Below are positions 25,861-37,500 of a DNA stretch of 64,000 bases, piece by piece. The DNA lies in contig CM052816.1 of NCBI GenBank assembly GCA_028534125.1, positions 98,892,001 through 98,956,000 of the forward strand, read 5' to 3'. Below the pieces are notes generated by a model. The model was given only the letters and a program-made list of their open reading frames with translations. It had not been told where the DNA came from and did no database searches. A program made the position numbers and the translations under genes. This DNA is from Lama glama (lineage: Eukaryota). Positions within the stretch are counted from its first letter, which is position 1, and every line of letters begins with the position of its first letter.

Positions 25861-25917
25861 GCCCGCCCCGCCTCCAGATGACATGAAGACTGAGTCACCG
25901 TGCGTTGCCGTGGCAAC
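25861..25917. promoter_or_regulatory. Candidate enhancer module: GC box + AP-1 + RFX X-box
   Basis: GCCCGCCCCGCC at 25861-25872, TGAGTCA at 25891-25897 and GTTGCCGTGGCAAC at 25904-25917. Confidence 0.55.
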
Positions 25918-26559
25918 CGCAGCGGCAGGGCTGCCTGATGTCAGTGCTGCTTTTGTCACTGGGCTGCCTTTGCACTTGACTTTCGAGCCTCCTCTGATCA
26001 AGCTTGGTCATGTATCCTCTTTCCACTGTTTTATATACAGTGTAGGGTTGTCTCAGATTAAAAAAAAAACATGTCGGGGTTTTTAATCATCGTGACTGGC
26101 AGCCAAGTTTCGCTCCACACCAAAAAGTCTTCCAGGCCCCGACCTGCCAGTGTGTGTTGCTGGGCCTGCTCACAGATGTCTCTTGATGAAGGAATCTGTG
26201 ACCAAGTCTGTCTGAGGAAAGCACGGTGGAAGGCAGCTATCAGTCCCTCTGTGGCAGAGTTGCCTCTTAACCTGCTAAGGGCACATGGATTGTGTGAATG
26301 ATCAGGAGGGAGGGTGACCAGGTGGAGCACAGAGCAAGAGGAAAGGGTGGGGGAACTGAGGAGGGACACAGGGCTGGGGCCCAGGCAGCCCCTTTCAGTG
26401 TGGTGTCTTTCCTCAACTTTACCAGTTTGTAAAAAAGGCCAGCCAGGTGTGACATGGCCAGGCTCAGGCAGAATACTTAGCTACTCAGACTCGTCATCAC
26501 TCTGTAGCAGAGAACAAAGCTGCCTCCATACTGCATCTGTTCCCTCCGCGCTAGCCCTG

Positions 26560-26995
26560 TGCTCTGTCGCCTGTGCTTAGTCATGCTGGCGCTGCACCTG
26601 CTGTAAAAGAATGTTGCCTGCAGCCTGAAATGTGCTGGAGAGCCCCTCCTCAAGGCTCTGACCTTTAAAGGTATTAACACTTTCCATTAAAAAGTTGCAG
26701 AACAGACAATAACAATTGTCCTGTTGGAGTTTTATAGGTACATTGTGACCAGACCTACCTGGGCAGCTGCAAGAACAAAGGATTCCAACACTAAGAAGTT
26801 TTTAACAACCAGCCACACCCTCTCCACTTTAATAATCAGAAGCCTGAATTCTAGCTTGGGGAAGATGGTTCTTTGGGACACTAGTCCACCATCTCATTGG
26901 TCTGCTGGCTTTCCGAATAAAGTTGCTATTCCTTGTCCCCAACGTCTCATCTCTCGATTTATTGGCCTGTCCTGTGGCCAGCAGGATGAGCTTTG
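26560..26995 (+). mobile_element. ERV1-like solo LTR (MER34/MER39-related)
   Basis: AGATGGTTCTTTGGGACACTAGTCCACCATCT...CTGCTGGCTTTCCGAATAAAG (AATAAA at 26916-26921)...TCTCTCGATTTATTGGCCTGTC. Confidence 0.75.
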
Positions 26996-27734
26996 GAAAA
27001 GGGTCTGAGGTGACGTATGATTCTTGCAGGTTGATGAGCTCCAGTGTGGAGAATTTGGCCTAGTTCTAAGGAGCAGAGGAAGAAAAACAATACGATCTTC
27101 CTGTGGTGGTGAAAGAGTAGTGCCATCAGTGTGGAGCAACGGGGGGACAGTGGAGAGAGAAAGTGGGACAACCAGGATTCAGGTAAGAGGACACACAGTC
27201 AGACAGGACTAAGATGCTGCTGCCACTCTGAGTTGAAAGCCCGCATCTTCTCAAGGCTGCCCCTTGAAGGACCAGGCACTAACATGCCCATGAGCATGAC
27301 GGATGACGTTTAGATAAGACACTAAATATTCTCCATGGCTCGCCCAGCCTGCGAGAGCATCTGTGTGTGTGGAACCAGGCCTCTGGGTGTCTGACTTCTC
27401 TCTGGCATCACCACTGGTTTTCCTGGGGTACTTGTTCTGAGGTTGGGGTTTATGGTTTTGTCCAATAGCAAGTCCTCAACAGAGCAGACACCAGGCAAGG
27501 AGGGCGCCCAGGCTGTACGCCGCCCATGATCTCACCCTTGTCACGCTCCTCCTAAATCCGCACTTAATGCTGGAAATAAAACGGCCATGTGGAAATCAGG
27601 CAGAGTGGCAAGCTAGAAGCACACTTACCACATCTCTGGAGAAGATAAAGAGGGAAATCAGAGGGGAATGTCCCTACTGTGTGACAGGGGCTGGAGGGGG
27701 GAGAGCTCTGGGGAAACAGGGGGAAACTGCGCTG

Positions 27735-28268
27735 CACACACACACACACACACACANNNNNNNNNNNNNNNNNNNNNNNNNNNNNNNNNNNNNNNNNNNN
27801 NNNNNNNNNNNNNNNNNNNNNNNNNNNNNNNNNNNNNNNNNNNNNNNNNNNNNNNNNNNNNNNNNNNNNNNNNNNNNNNNNNNNNNNNNNNNNNNNNNNN
27901 NNNNNNNNNNNNNNNNNNNNNNNNNNNNNNNNNNNNNNNNNNNNNNNNNNNNNNNNNNNNNNNNNNNNNNNNNNNNNNNNNNNNNNNNNNNNNNNNNNNN
28001 NNNNNNNNNNNNNNNNNNNNNNNNNNNNNNNNNNNNNNNNNNNNNNNNNNNNNNNNNNNNNNNNNNNNNNNNNNNNNNNNNNNNNNNNNNNNNNNNNNNN
28101 NNNNNNNNNNNNNNNNNNNNNNNNNNNNNNNNNNNNNNNNNNNNNNNNNNNNNNNNNNNNNNNNNNNNNNNNNNNNNNNNNNNNNNNNNNNNNNNNNNNN
28201 NNNNNNNNNNNNNNNNNNNNNNNNNNNNNNNNNNNNNNNNNNNNNNNNNNNNNNNNCACACACACACA
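27735..28268. repeat. (CA)n microsatellite interrupted by a 500-N assembly gap (27757-28256)
   Basis: CA repeats abut both sides of exactly 500 N. Confidence 0.95.
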
Positions 28269-29691
28269 GTCAGGCTCGCATGCTGGAAGGCCAGGCTGCT
28301 ACGATGACAGACAGGCTGTTAAGTTCTGAGATGCTGGGAGACAACAGCCTTCTAAGGAAAGGTAAGCGTGCCCTCTGGGTTTACGCAATCCCAGCCAGCG
28401 GAGCTGCCGCTTTCAGAAAGCCGCGTCTGGAAGCGGGTCCCGGCGCGGCCCATGCAGGTGCAGCCCCCGGCTGGCCTGGGGAGGACGCGGGGCGCTGGGC
28501 CCCGGGCTGCAGAGACAGCTGCGGTCTTGTCTCTGGCGGCTCCTTCCCCACACAAATGCCATCCTTCTAAGGACAGTTCTGTCTGGGATCCAGTGGGAGG
28601 AAGCCTTTCCTGGGGGCGAGGGGTCCTGGCCACACCGGGCAGTGCGGGACGACAGTAACCAGACAGAAGTGACAGGCACATGTCCCCACTGGGAAGCCCG
28701 GATGCCTGTGGGACTGGCCGGGTGCCGAGGGCTCTCTCCCTCCATCCCGGGCCGGGCTCGCAGGCGTCCCCTGGCCTTGCGAGAACCTTCCCCGCTGCTC
28801 CTTGAGCAGCTGCGCGGCCTTTCCCACCTTCAGGTCCCCTTGGCCCGGCTCTGTGACTTTGCACAGCATCATCTCCATCCGGCACTTTCTCTTTCTTCTT
28901 CTATTGTCTGGGCTTCTCGTGGTCCTTCCAGCTGGTCCCTGGATGTTCCTGTTTGGTACCCATGCTCCGGGCAGGCCACAGAACTGACTCTCTCAGGCCT
29001 CCTCTTCATGCCTTCTCTGCCACGGAGCAAGTGCTCTGATTTGATTTTGGCTCCTAGGTCTGAGTCCTGGGGGGCGGGGGTGCAGAGCTCCTCTGAGGGC
29101 TTGGTGTCCACGTGGACCCTCTGGGGGGACACTTCAGAGATGTCACCTTCTCCGTGTACCAATTACAAACACAAGGATGCTCTGAACAGAGAAATTCCAT
29201 CCTGGGTAAAAGATCAGGGTCACAGAGACTTTACAGTCCAGTGTGAGGCGTGGGGTTTTCTAGACATTTGCATTCAGTTCCCATTGTGTTGGGGATTTTT
29301 TAAAAGTACACATGCCAAGAGCCTTTTGAAATTCTTCTTCATGACCGCAGTAGACCGGGCTGAGAACACACTCAATTATATGCCATTCCACGTTCTAGGT
29401 TAGCTGTTGTGTTCGTTAAACTGTTACATATGCGGCTTCTAATATTATTTTTGATGTCCCATCTCCTAGAACTCCAGCTTGTGTCACATTTGAAGAGTGC
29501 AAGGGCTATACTGTACGAAGAAAGACCACAGGCCAGTGGAGGGTGAAATGGCTGGGTTTTCAGGGAGTGCAAAGAGAGCTCAGAATGAGGAAAAGGTTCT
29601 CAGGCAAGGTCGGCAGCTCAAAGACATAGGCAGGTGTGTAGATGCATCTTATACAACATTCACTCAGAAGGGATGGTTTACATCTTCTGTC

Positions 29692-29895
29692 TTTTTTTGT
29701 TTGTTTTTGGATAATAGACAATTTTTAGAGCATTTTGAGGTTTACAGAAAAATCACACAGAAGGAACAGAGATTTTCCATGTGCCCCCTTTCCTCCCACA
29801 ACACTTTCCCTTTAATTTTTTTAACAACATGCATTCGTATGGCCCATGTGTTGCAACTGATGAATCGATGTTGACGATTTAATTTTAATAAAGCC
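29692..29895 (-). mobile_element. L1MC/L1MD-type 3' end
   Basis: ATAGACAATTTTTAGAGCATTTTGAGGTTTACAGAAAAAT...CAGAGATTTTCCAT...CAACTGATGAATCGAT. Confidence 0.75.
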
Positions 29896-31168
29896 ACCGG
29901 CACGCTAGTCTGTCCTGATCCCCAAAGAGTTCCCTGCAGAGCACGGAGTTAGGAACTACAGCCGGGTCACCTGCCTTCCCTGTGTCTGTGGAAACAGGGT
30001 GGTCTACCTCGTGTATGTGACTTCCCTTCAGTTAAATCCTTATTCCAGATCTAAACTCACTGGGCTTGCCTGCAGGTGTAAGGGCTAACCCCCCAAACTC
30101 AGCCTGCGTCAGAAGGTCCCGAGGTCCCTCCTGTTACAGGGACGACTGGGGAGGGACAGTGAGGGCTCCCTTTTTAAATTACTCCACTTCCCCAGCAAGG
30201 GATATATATATTTTTTGAAACCAGGAAACTTGTACTGTGGGGGCAGCAAAAAGTTAGTGGGAAAGAGTATAAATTATTTCATGAATGTATTTAGGGAATT
30301 TTTTTTCTTTTTACAAAAATGTGTAGCTTGAAATGTGGCCAACTTCAACGCAGCAGAATTGCTGACTGCCGAAAGTGCATGCCTCGTACTCAGTCTATGG
30401 GCTCGGGTTGCTGAAAATACGTTTTTATTCATCTGAGCAACCCTGACTCAGAAATGGGAGTGGAGGGAGAAACGTCAAAACTGGGGACACTTGGCAGCTT
30501 TGCTGATCACTGATTGACTGTACTTGGGCTCAATTCAGCAGCATGTCTGTCAGTTAAAACATCCTCAGTCATCTCCGAGGATGGGAAAGAAAGAGTTCCC
30601 TTGCTGGGGTCAGAAATGAGATGAGTGAGACCTGGGGTCTGTGGGGGCAGGAGAGTGTCCAGGACTGGGTCTGTCTTCTCAGCTTGGGAACCTTGACAGG
30701 ACTTGGAGCCTAGCTATAAAAACAGCAGACCTACAGTGCAAGAGCCCTCAGTGTGCAGGAAACACAAGTAAGAAATACAGCTAAACTGAATTCAACTCCA
30801 GGTTAAATTTGCTCATCCGTTCAGAAAATCTTTGAGTTGCCCTTAACATCTAATCCACGGTGGGCACCACACCAGGAACCCGCACTGCACAGCTTCCACA
30901 GTGCTTGTGTGGGCGAAGGGGGGTTAAAGAGGGCTGGACATTGACGCTTCTGAAGCTTCATCCGTGCGCCATCTCTTAAAGATGTCACAAGAGCGAGCAA
31001 TTTCTTATCTCAGTTGCCAGCATTTCAGTCGGACTGTCTATAAACTCATGGCTTTTCCCTGGTGTTTTCTTGAGTAAAGAAAGGAGAATTAGGTTGCGTC
31101 AGGAAACTTGGGGTCCTTATGTACCTCTTTAGAAAATAAATAGTTCTTTCTCTTCTTGTCTCCCTGAT

Positions 31169-31385
31169 CAGCAACCCTCAACCCTGGATGAATGTGGGAA
31201 GGACCCAGAGAGCTTTAAAAATACCAGTGATACCATTTGGGACCAGGCCGACTGGAGCAGGATCTTGGGAGGCGGGGGAGGGCTGAACGCTCTTCTCTTG
31301 GGTAGGGTGGGGGCTGCGTCTGTTCTGGTCTGTGTAAGCCCCCCTGGGGGCTCTAACGGGTGGTTTGGCTCCACGCGGGATCACG
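31169..31385. mobile_element. MER5-like hAT-Charlie MITE (degenerate)
   Basis: CAGCAACCCTCAACCCTGGA...GAGAGCTTTAAAAATACC...AAGCCCCCCTGGGGGCTCTAA matches the MER5A layout. Confidence 0.5.
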
Positions 31386-34300
31386 CCTTCTCAGTCCTTT
31401 CTCGTTCTTTACCCACAGTCCCTCCCCTTGTGATGTACTCTCTAAGGCAGCGATTTTCAGAGGGCGGTGCTCTGGCCAGGAGTGCCGGCTCCAGGGCCTC
31501 ATCCCAGCTCTGCGGACTCGCCCTCCAGGCGACCAGCTGTGCCCTGAGGTCCGAAAACTGCCCTCCCGGGCATCCGCTCCCTCCTCTCCCGGCACAACGT
31601 AAACGTCCGTCGTCAGCTTCGTTCTGCTGGTTTCCGGCGTCGGTCCATCTGGGTGTCCAGCAGCGCCCTGTCTTCATGTCCCAGGAAACCCCAGCCTCCT
31701 CTTCCGTCTGTTAGCCTTCCAAGCTCCTCGCCGTGAGTCTGGACACTCGGGCTCCGTACCTGGCAGGTTTCTTCAGTTTCACCTCGTTCCTTTTTCCAGC
31801 AACCACCGTGTCCCCAAGACTGAGAGCTTCTCCTCCACCGTTGCTGCTGGGCCCGGCTGTCCCTGGCCGTCCCTCGGGGGAAGCCCTCGGGGCGGGGGAG
31901 CCAGGACTATCTCCCCCCTCTTCATCTTTGCTGCTCTTCTCTGAAAGAACTCCCAGCTCCCACCCCTCCCCTCTGCCCTCACTGTAAGCCACAGACAAAC
32001 AATCCATCAGTTCATCAAAATTAGCACAAGATGCAGCCCCTCCCCCCGTCTGCCTGGTGACACTGGTCCCCGTGAGGCCCCCTCCTGTGCGCCGCACCGC
32101 AGACCCCAGCGGGCTGGGGGCATGAGCAGCCCCGGCCTCCTGCCCCCGCGTCCCCTGCCCCGGCCTGCGGCCCACTCCTCAGTGTGGCCACATCTGCCTC
32201 GCTGTCACCCGCCCTTCAAGAGTCAGCTGAACTGGAGCAAGTCCTTCCTCCTTTGCACATCCTCAGCAGTTACTTTGAGGCATTTATAACACTGGGCACA
32301 TCGGTGTGAATCTCACTTGTACAACAACCAGCGTACACTCAGAAAAGCTCCCTCCCCCACCCCCCTCGTTTCACCAGAGCTGCGCACATGGATTCAGTGC
32401 TGGGTTGCTTCTTCCTTTCCTTGGATTCACTCTCATTTCCTTAGTCACCTGCTTGCTTTGTCTGCCTGGGCAGATGTCTTGCCAAGGTCTCTCCAAATGG
32501 AGTCCCTCTTCAGTGCTCTAATTTTCTCAATGACATGACTACTCTCAGAGACCCAAACTGAATCCTTCAAGGTGCTTGACACCCCTCTCTTCAGCATCCG
32601 GCTCCATCATTTACTCAGACGTCCTGATTCTTCTTTCTAGTTCTTTATGGTTTGGGTCTTCCTCTCGTCTTTGTGCCACCAGATGAGTGGGTTATTTGTC
32701 ATTTCATGCCTGTTAAATGTGTAGCAAACACAGTTTGGAACAAGTCCTCAGGTGAGAGGTGTCCTTTTCCTGTGCCCCTCCACCCCGAACTCTGAGTGCT
32801 GAATTCTTAGCACTGTGGTCACATAAGTCGGAATGAGGGCCTCTAGCTCTACATGGAAGGGTCATTATTATGGACAACTTGACACAAGCCGAGCTACTTC
32901 TGGAAGGGTCTGCTCGGGCTTTAGGAAAGGTCAGCTTCACGCCTCCACACCCGCTCCAGCTCCTCTCTGCTCAGCTGGCCATGGGGCTGCTCCCACTCGC
33001 TTCTAACTTTACACCTGCCCAGGTGAGAGTGCAGACAGCACCCGGCAGGAGCTTCTGTAGCTGAGAAATCCCGGTGGAGGGAGGACGGGGGACAGACCGC
33101 ATCTCCCCTCCAACAGGTGATCTTTGCTGTCTGACCATTTGTCTCCAAGACCCTTGCTTGTTTCAAGGCAGGAAGGAATGTGCAGCGCTCTAATAGCTTG
33201 GCTCGGTACAGCCCCAGCCTGCCTTTCCTGTCAATCATTAACGTTCTTTTATGTCGCCTGAGGTGAGCGAGTTCAGAGTCGCACACTGGGCTGGCCACAC
33301 ATGTACGGCGCACACGGGTCAGCGTCTCTCTCCAGGATGCGGTGTAACTGAGACACCCTGGTCCCCTCCCCGCCCCCACGTCCGACGGCCTCAGTTGCTC
33401 TCCAGTCTCCCCTCTTCTGTTCAAGACTGCAGCGGCGGCTGGATTCCCGTGCGCAGCTGAGTGTGTGCACGCGTGCACGTGTACATAGAGCTGAGTGCCT
33501 ATTTTCAGATTTGGCAAATTCACTTGATCAATATTAAAACTGAAAAGGTGAGTCCATCAGTTTTGTTTCCAGGGCAATTTTGCCTCCTCTGTCAACCTTT
33601 CAAAAGACTTATTATCAGGGAATGACTTCTTTACCAGGTTGTAGCTCCCTCGAGCTTCATTTTTTATTTATTTTAATGTTGACATCCCAGGGCACACTGT
33701 TCTCTGCATTTTCTGCCTGACCGGACTTCCAGAGCTTGGGAGAGCCCCAGGGGAGCCAGAGACAGAGCCTTCTTTTCCCAAAGCCGCATTTGTTGGCCTT
33801 TAGACATCAAGTCATTCCAGTCTCTCTTTAGAAATGATCTAGGCAGATTGCCAGCCGCCACGGATCTGCAGTCAGGCTTTTGTCAAACTCTAGGACGTCT
33901 CTTCAGCATCTCATACAATATTTTTGACTGGTATGTTTCCAGTTTAGTTTCTTTAAATGATACCCAACATCACCAAGGTTGAGGGGGACAGAATTCTATA
34001 TTAAGTTAAATTAAAATGAAATATTTCACTTTACTTACAATTAACAGCCATGGTTATTTATTAACTTCACTTTGCTTTAAATCATAGGATCAGACTTCCA
34101 AGTTTATCTCTGGAGGCTCATTTTCACCAGTGGTTAGAAATAGTTTGGGGGAGGACATACAAAACCCAACCATTTCACTGTCCACGAGGTGAAAATCATC
34201 TTTGTCGACAAAGAAACCAAACTCATCTACTCTTGGTTACTCACTTGTTTAATACTAATAATTTAAGGAGAAACCCTTTAAATCCACATTAGTAAACATC

Positions 34301-34495
34301 TGGATAAAATTCTGGAAGTGATCTTGTCTGTTTCTGTCCTCATCTTTCCAAATCTTGAAGGCGTCATTCAAAAGCTGAGCCACTTCCTGCAGGTGTAGGC
34401 ACCTGAAATGCGGGGCGTCTTCATTCGATTGCAATACATGTTAATAGGATCAGCGCCGAATATGAAGTCTCTGCTATGTCAATAGCCTGTCAGTG

Positions 34496-34575
34496 ATTTG
34501 TTTGAACCATGTGAAATTACTATTTTTGTAAGTAAAAAAAGCCGAATCTCAGCAGTTTCTTATGGTTCAACGTCA
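34496..34575. mobile_element. MADE2 Mariner-derived MITE
   Basis: About 80 bp. Terminal inverted repeats TTGAACCATGTGAAATTACT (34502-34521) and AGCAGTTTCTTATGGTTCAA (34551-34570) are complementary at 16 of 20 positions. Confidence 0.85.
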
Positions 34576-37500
34576 CATCTACGTTGGTAAGACCTGTGTC
34601 CACACATATTTACAGGACAGTTTTGGGTGGTTTTCTGTGCCAAACTGGAGGATTTTTTCCCCATCCCTTTCCTTCACAGACGGTGTTTAAAATTTGGGGT
34701 ACACATCCTGACTGCAGCTTATGAAAATGTGCGGTTGAAAATGCCCCACATAGAACACCTGCCTGACATTCCCCTAGAGATTCTGTAGAGATGGACTGAG
34801 TCCTTGGGTAAGATGCGCCTCTCAAGGCGTCACCCCCAGCCCCCAGCGCCCACCGCCAGAGCCTTTTCTCCTTCTCTGCCTGGTCTCCACCCCCAGCGCC
34901 CTCACCCTGGGGTTCTCAGCTTCTTCTCACCCCTGGGAGGAGCTGCAAAGTGAAGACTTCCATCTTCTTGGGACTCAGTCTGAGCCGCTGGCCCTCTAGT
35001 TTGCAGCTCCCCTTCTCCCCTTCAGTTCTCACCCAAGACACAGCTTGGCAGAGTGCTTTTTAATTTTTAGGTCCTTTTGGTTTCATCCCAGGAAACTACA
35101 CGGCCTCTTTGCCACTGGCCCCATCGGAGGGTGGCCCTGCTCTTTTCCAGCCTTTCCGGCATCCTCAGCACGGGGCTGCGGCTGCCCAGGCTCCCTGAGG
35201 AGTCTGGGGGGCTCGCTTTTCTTTCCTTCACTGGGGTCACCATCCTTGTCCAGCCGCCTGCCCAGATCCCTCATCGTTTTCTTTATTCCCAATAAAGCAC
35301 CACTTTCAACCTTCCTTGAAGTAATTTCTTCTATTCTGTAACTTGACACTCACCTGTTAGAAAGCACATAGCTGAGTCTCCATTTCTCAGCTAACGTCAA
35401 GAAAGAACACTACCCGTTAACTCATGCTCCTGATCCTGGTTAACTCGCTTTCCTGATCCAGGACTCTACTCCGTCCACCCTGACACCTCTGAGCTCGTGA
35501 TGAAGTCACACAATATTTTTGATATGGATTTTAAACACACTATGAGAATAATTTCTTAGTATTTGCATTAAACTTAACAAATAAATAGAAAGCAATTGTT
35601 TCTACCTAAATAAGTGGCGAATGCCTCTTCCTCACCCAGTCTTTCTTCTGGACCATGTCTTCTCTCTTGATGTCTTCATTCTAGGTCAGTCTTAGAAGCT
35701 TGATTTGTATAAGAAGGCGTTAGATGCCATAATTTCTATGTTCTTTCTGTTTATTTAATTTTTTGTTTATTTATTTGGGCTGTTGCACACGTTTGTCAGT
35801 GGGTTGAATAGAGAACTCTAGACTCGCATAACTTTCCCGTAGAATTACGTGCAGACGGCTCCACAGACACCTAAGCGGGCCTGACACTTGCTTCTTTGCA
35901 GGAAAACGGTCCAGTCCGAGAAGACGTGTGCTTTATCTTCCTTCATACTAATCAGATCGTTGATGACATTTTTAAATTGAAATTCAGAATTCACACCATA
36001 GAGGACAGCCCTGTGGGTCAGTACACCCTTTCTCAGAGGCAGACACTACAGCCAGCAATAACTGAGGCACAAAATGAAAGCTATTTACCATCCCTTCTCT
36101 ATAGTCAAGATTCTTTTAAATTGATTTTCTAATTCACGACTTAGATTTTCTGTGGTAGCTTTCATATTAATTATTAACTTTCTCGATAACATTTAAAAAT
36201 ACGACAGTCACGCTATCTCCTGGAACGCTTTGCTTCCTCCGTATTGCTCCATGCTCGCGGCAGGCTTGACATGGAGGTTTTGATAGCTCACGTTTTTCTG
36301 TTTCCTGCCCAAGGTCACAACCTCTTTTAGGCCACGAGGACTTTTCTCAAGTTTGCTGACCTTATTAATGAAGTTACTGGCACCTGGCATCGCTGCTTTG
36401 ACGGCAGAGTGTGTTGACCCCCCGCCCCCAACCTTGGGTGAACGTGGCCAAGCAGGACTGCTGCGCACTGGGCTCTGTTCTGGCCCGCAGACCCTCGGGG
36501 CCAAGGGTGGCTCCTGAGACAGGGAGATTTGGCCGGGGGCGGCGGGGGGCGGGGGGAGCTGCCCCTCTCTCTGCAGAAGGTACCTCTCCGCGCCCACTTT
36601 CCACCAGCCTGGTCTTCTGCCGGAGCTTTTCCGTATGTCAGGTTGGTGGCTCGGACTTCTTTATATTTTATAAGTTTCATAATATTTCCCTTGTTACATT
36701 AATTTTGGCATTTCAGCAACAAACTGGGAGAGGTAAAGATTCAAATCCATGGCCCTATGTGTCTTCCTGGGTATTTAAAAAATTACCCTTTACAGTTTTT
36801 CAAAGCCTACTGGTGCTTTAGAATTTCCATTTATATCATGATGATGAGGTGTAGTAAATTGACATATAGCTTCAGCTCCTTTTTCGTTCCATATCAGAGT
36901 AACATGGAACATGCCGTGTGCGGGAATTTGCTCTCGAGTTCTTAAAACTCGGAGTAATCTATGATTAATTTATATCTAAGACTCTCAAATAAATAGAAGG
37001 TGTGCGTCTCTTATGGGATTACTCTTTATCAAGCCAGCAGGAGATAAACGTGGAGCAGTTAGTGTTCATTCTCCCTTAAAATGTGGGGTCTGTGTCGGGG
37101 TGACGCTGGCGGCTTTGCCGTGGCCACGAGCTGGTGGATCTGAGCCTCCAGTCGAGCTCCTGAGCTGACCTCAGTGTCTCCACTGCACCTCCCCTCCCCT
37201 GGTCCAGCTGCAGCCTGATGGGCTGTGTAGACGGATGCCTCCTCCACAGGGTCATTAAGTGGCTGAACCCCCTTGTATTTCACTCCACGTGGAGACCAGG
37301 GTGATTTCAGATCCCTGGAGAGTAGAAGCCTGGCATTCTCTGAAAGAGCAGTCCTAAAAATTCAACTGTCACTTTAGAGGAGGGAGAAGTTCTCCAGATA
37401 CAACAAACTGGGCAACAATTGCTGACACTTCTGGAAGAGAATCCTCTGTGGGGTTCAGGAATTTGGCCCCCACTTTAAGGACTGACTTTTCCACTAACAG

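Noticed and set aside
27564..28570. Long ORFs of 197-300 aa
   Set aside because: They are open only because they run through 500 N and CA repeats.
28642..29403. Longest gap-free ORF (253 aa)
   Set aside because: No true ATG at the annotated start, no recognisable domain, and composition typical of chance ORFs in GC-rich DNA.
35416..35461. Two-copy 23-bp direct repeat (GTTAACTC...TCCTGATCC)
   Set aside because: Only two diverged adjacent copies with no spacers. An ordinary local duplication, not a CRISPR-like array.
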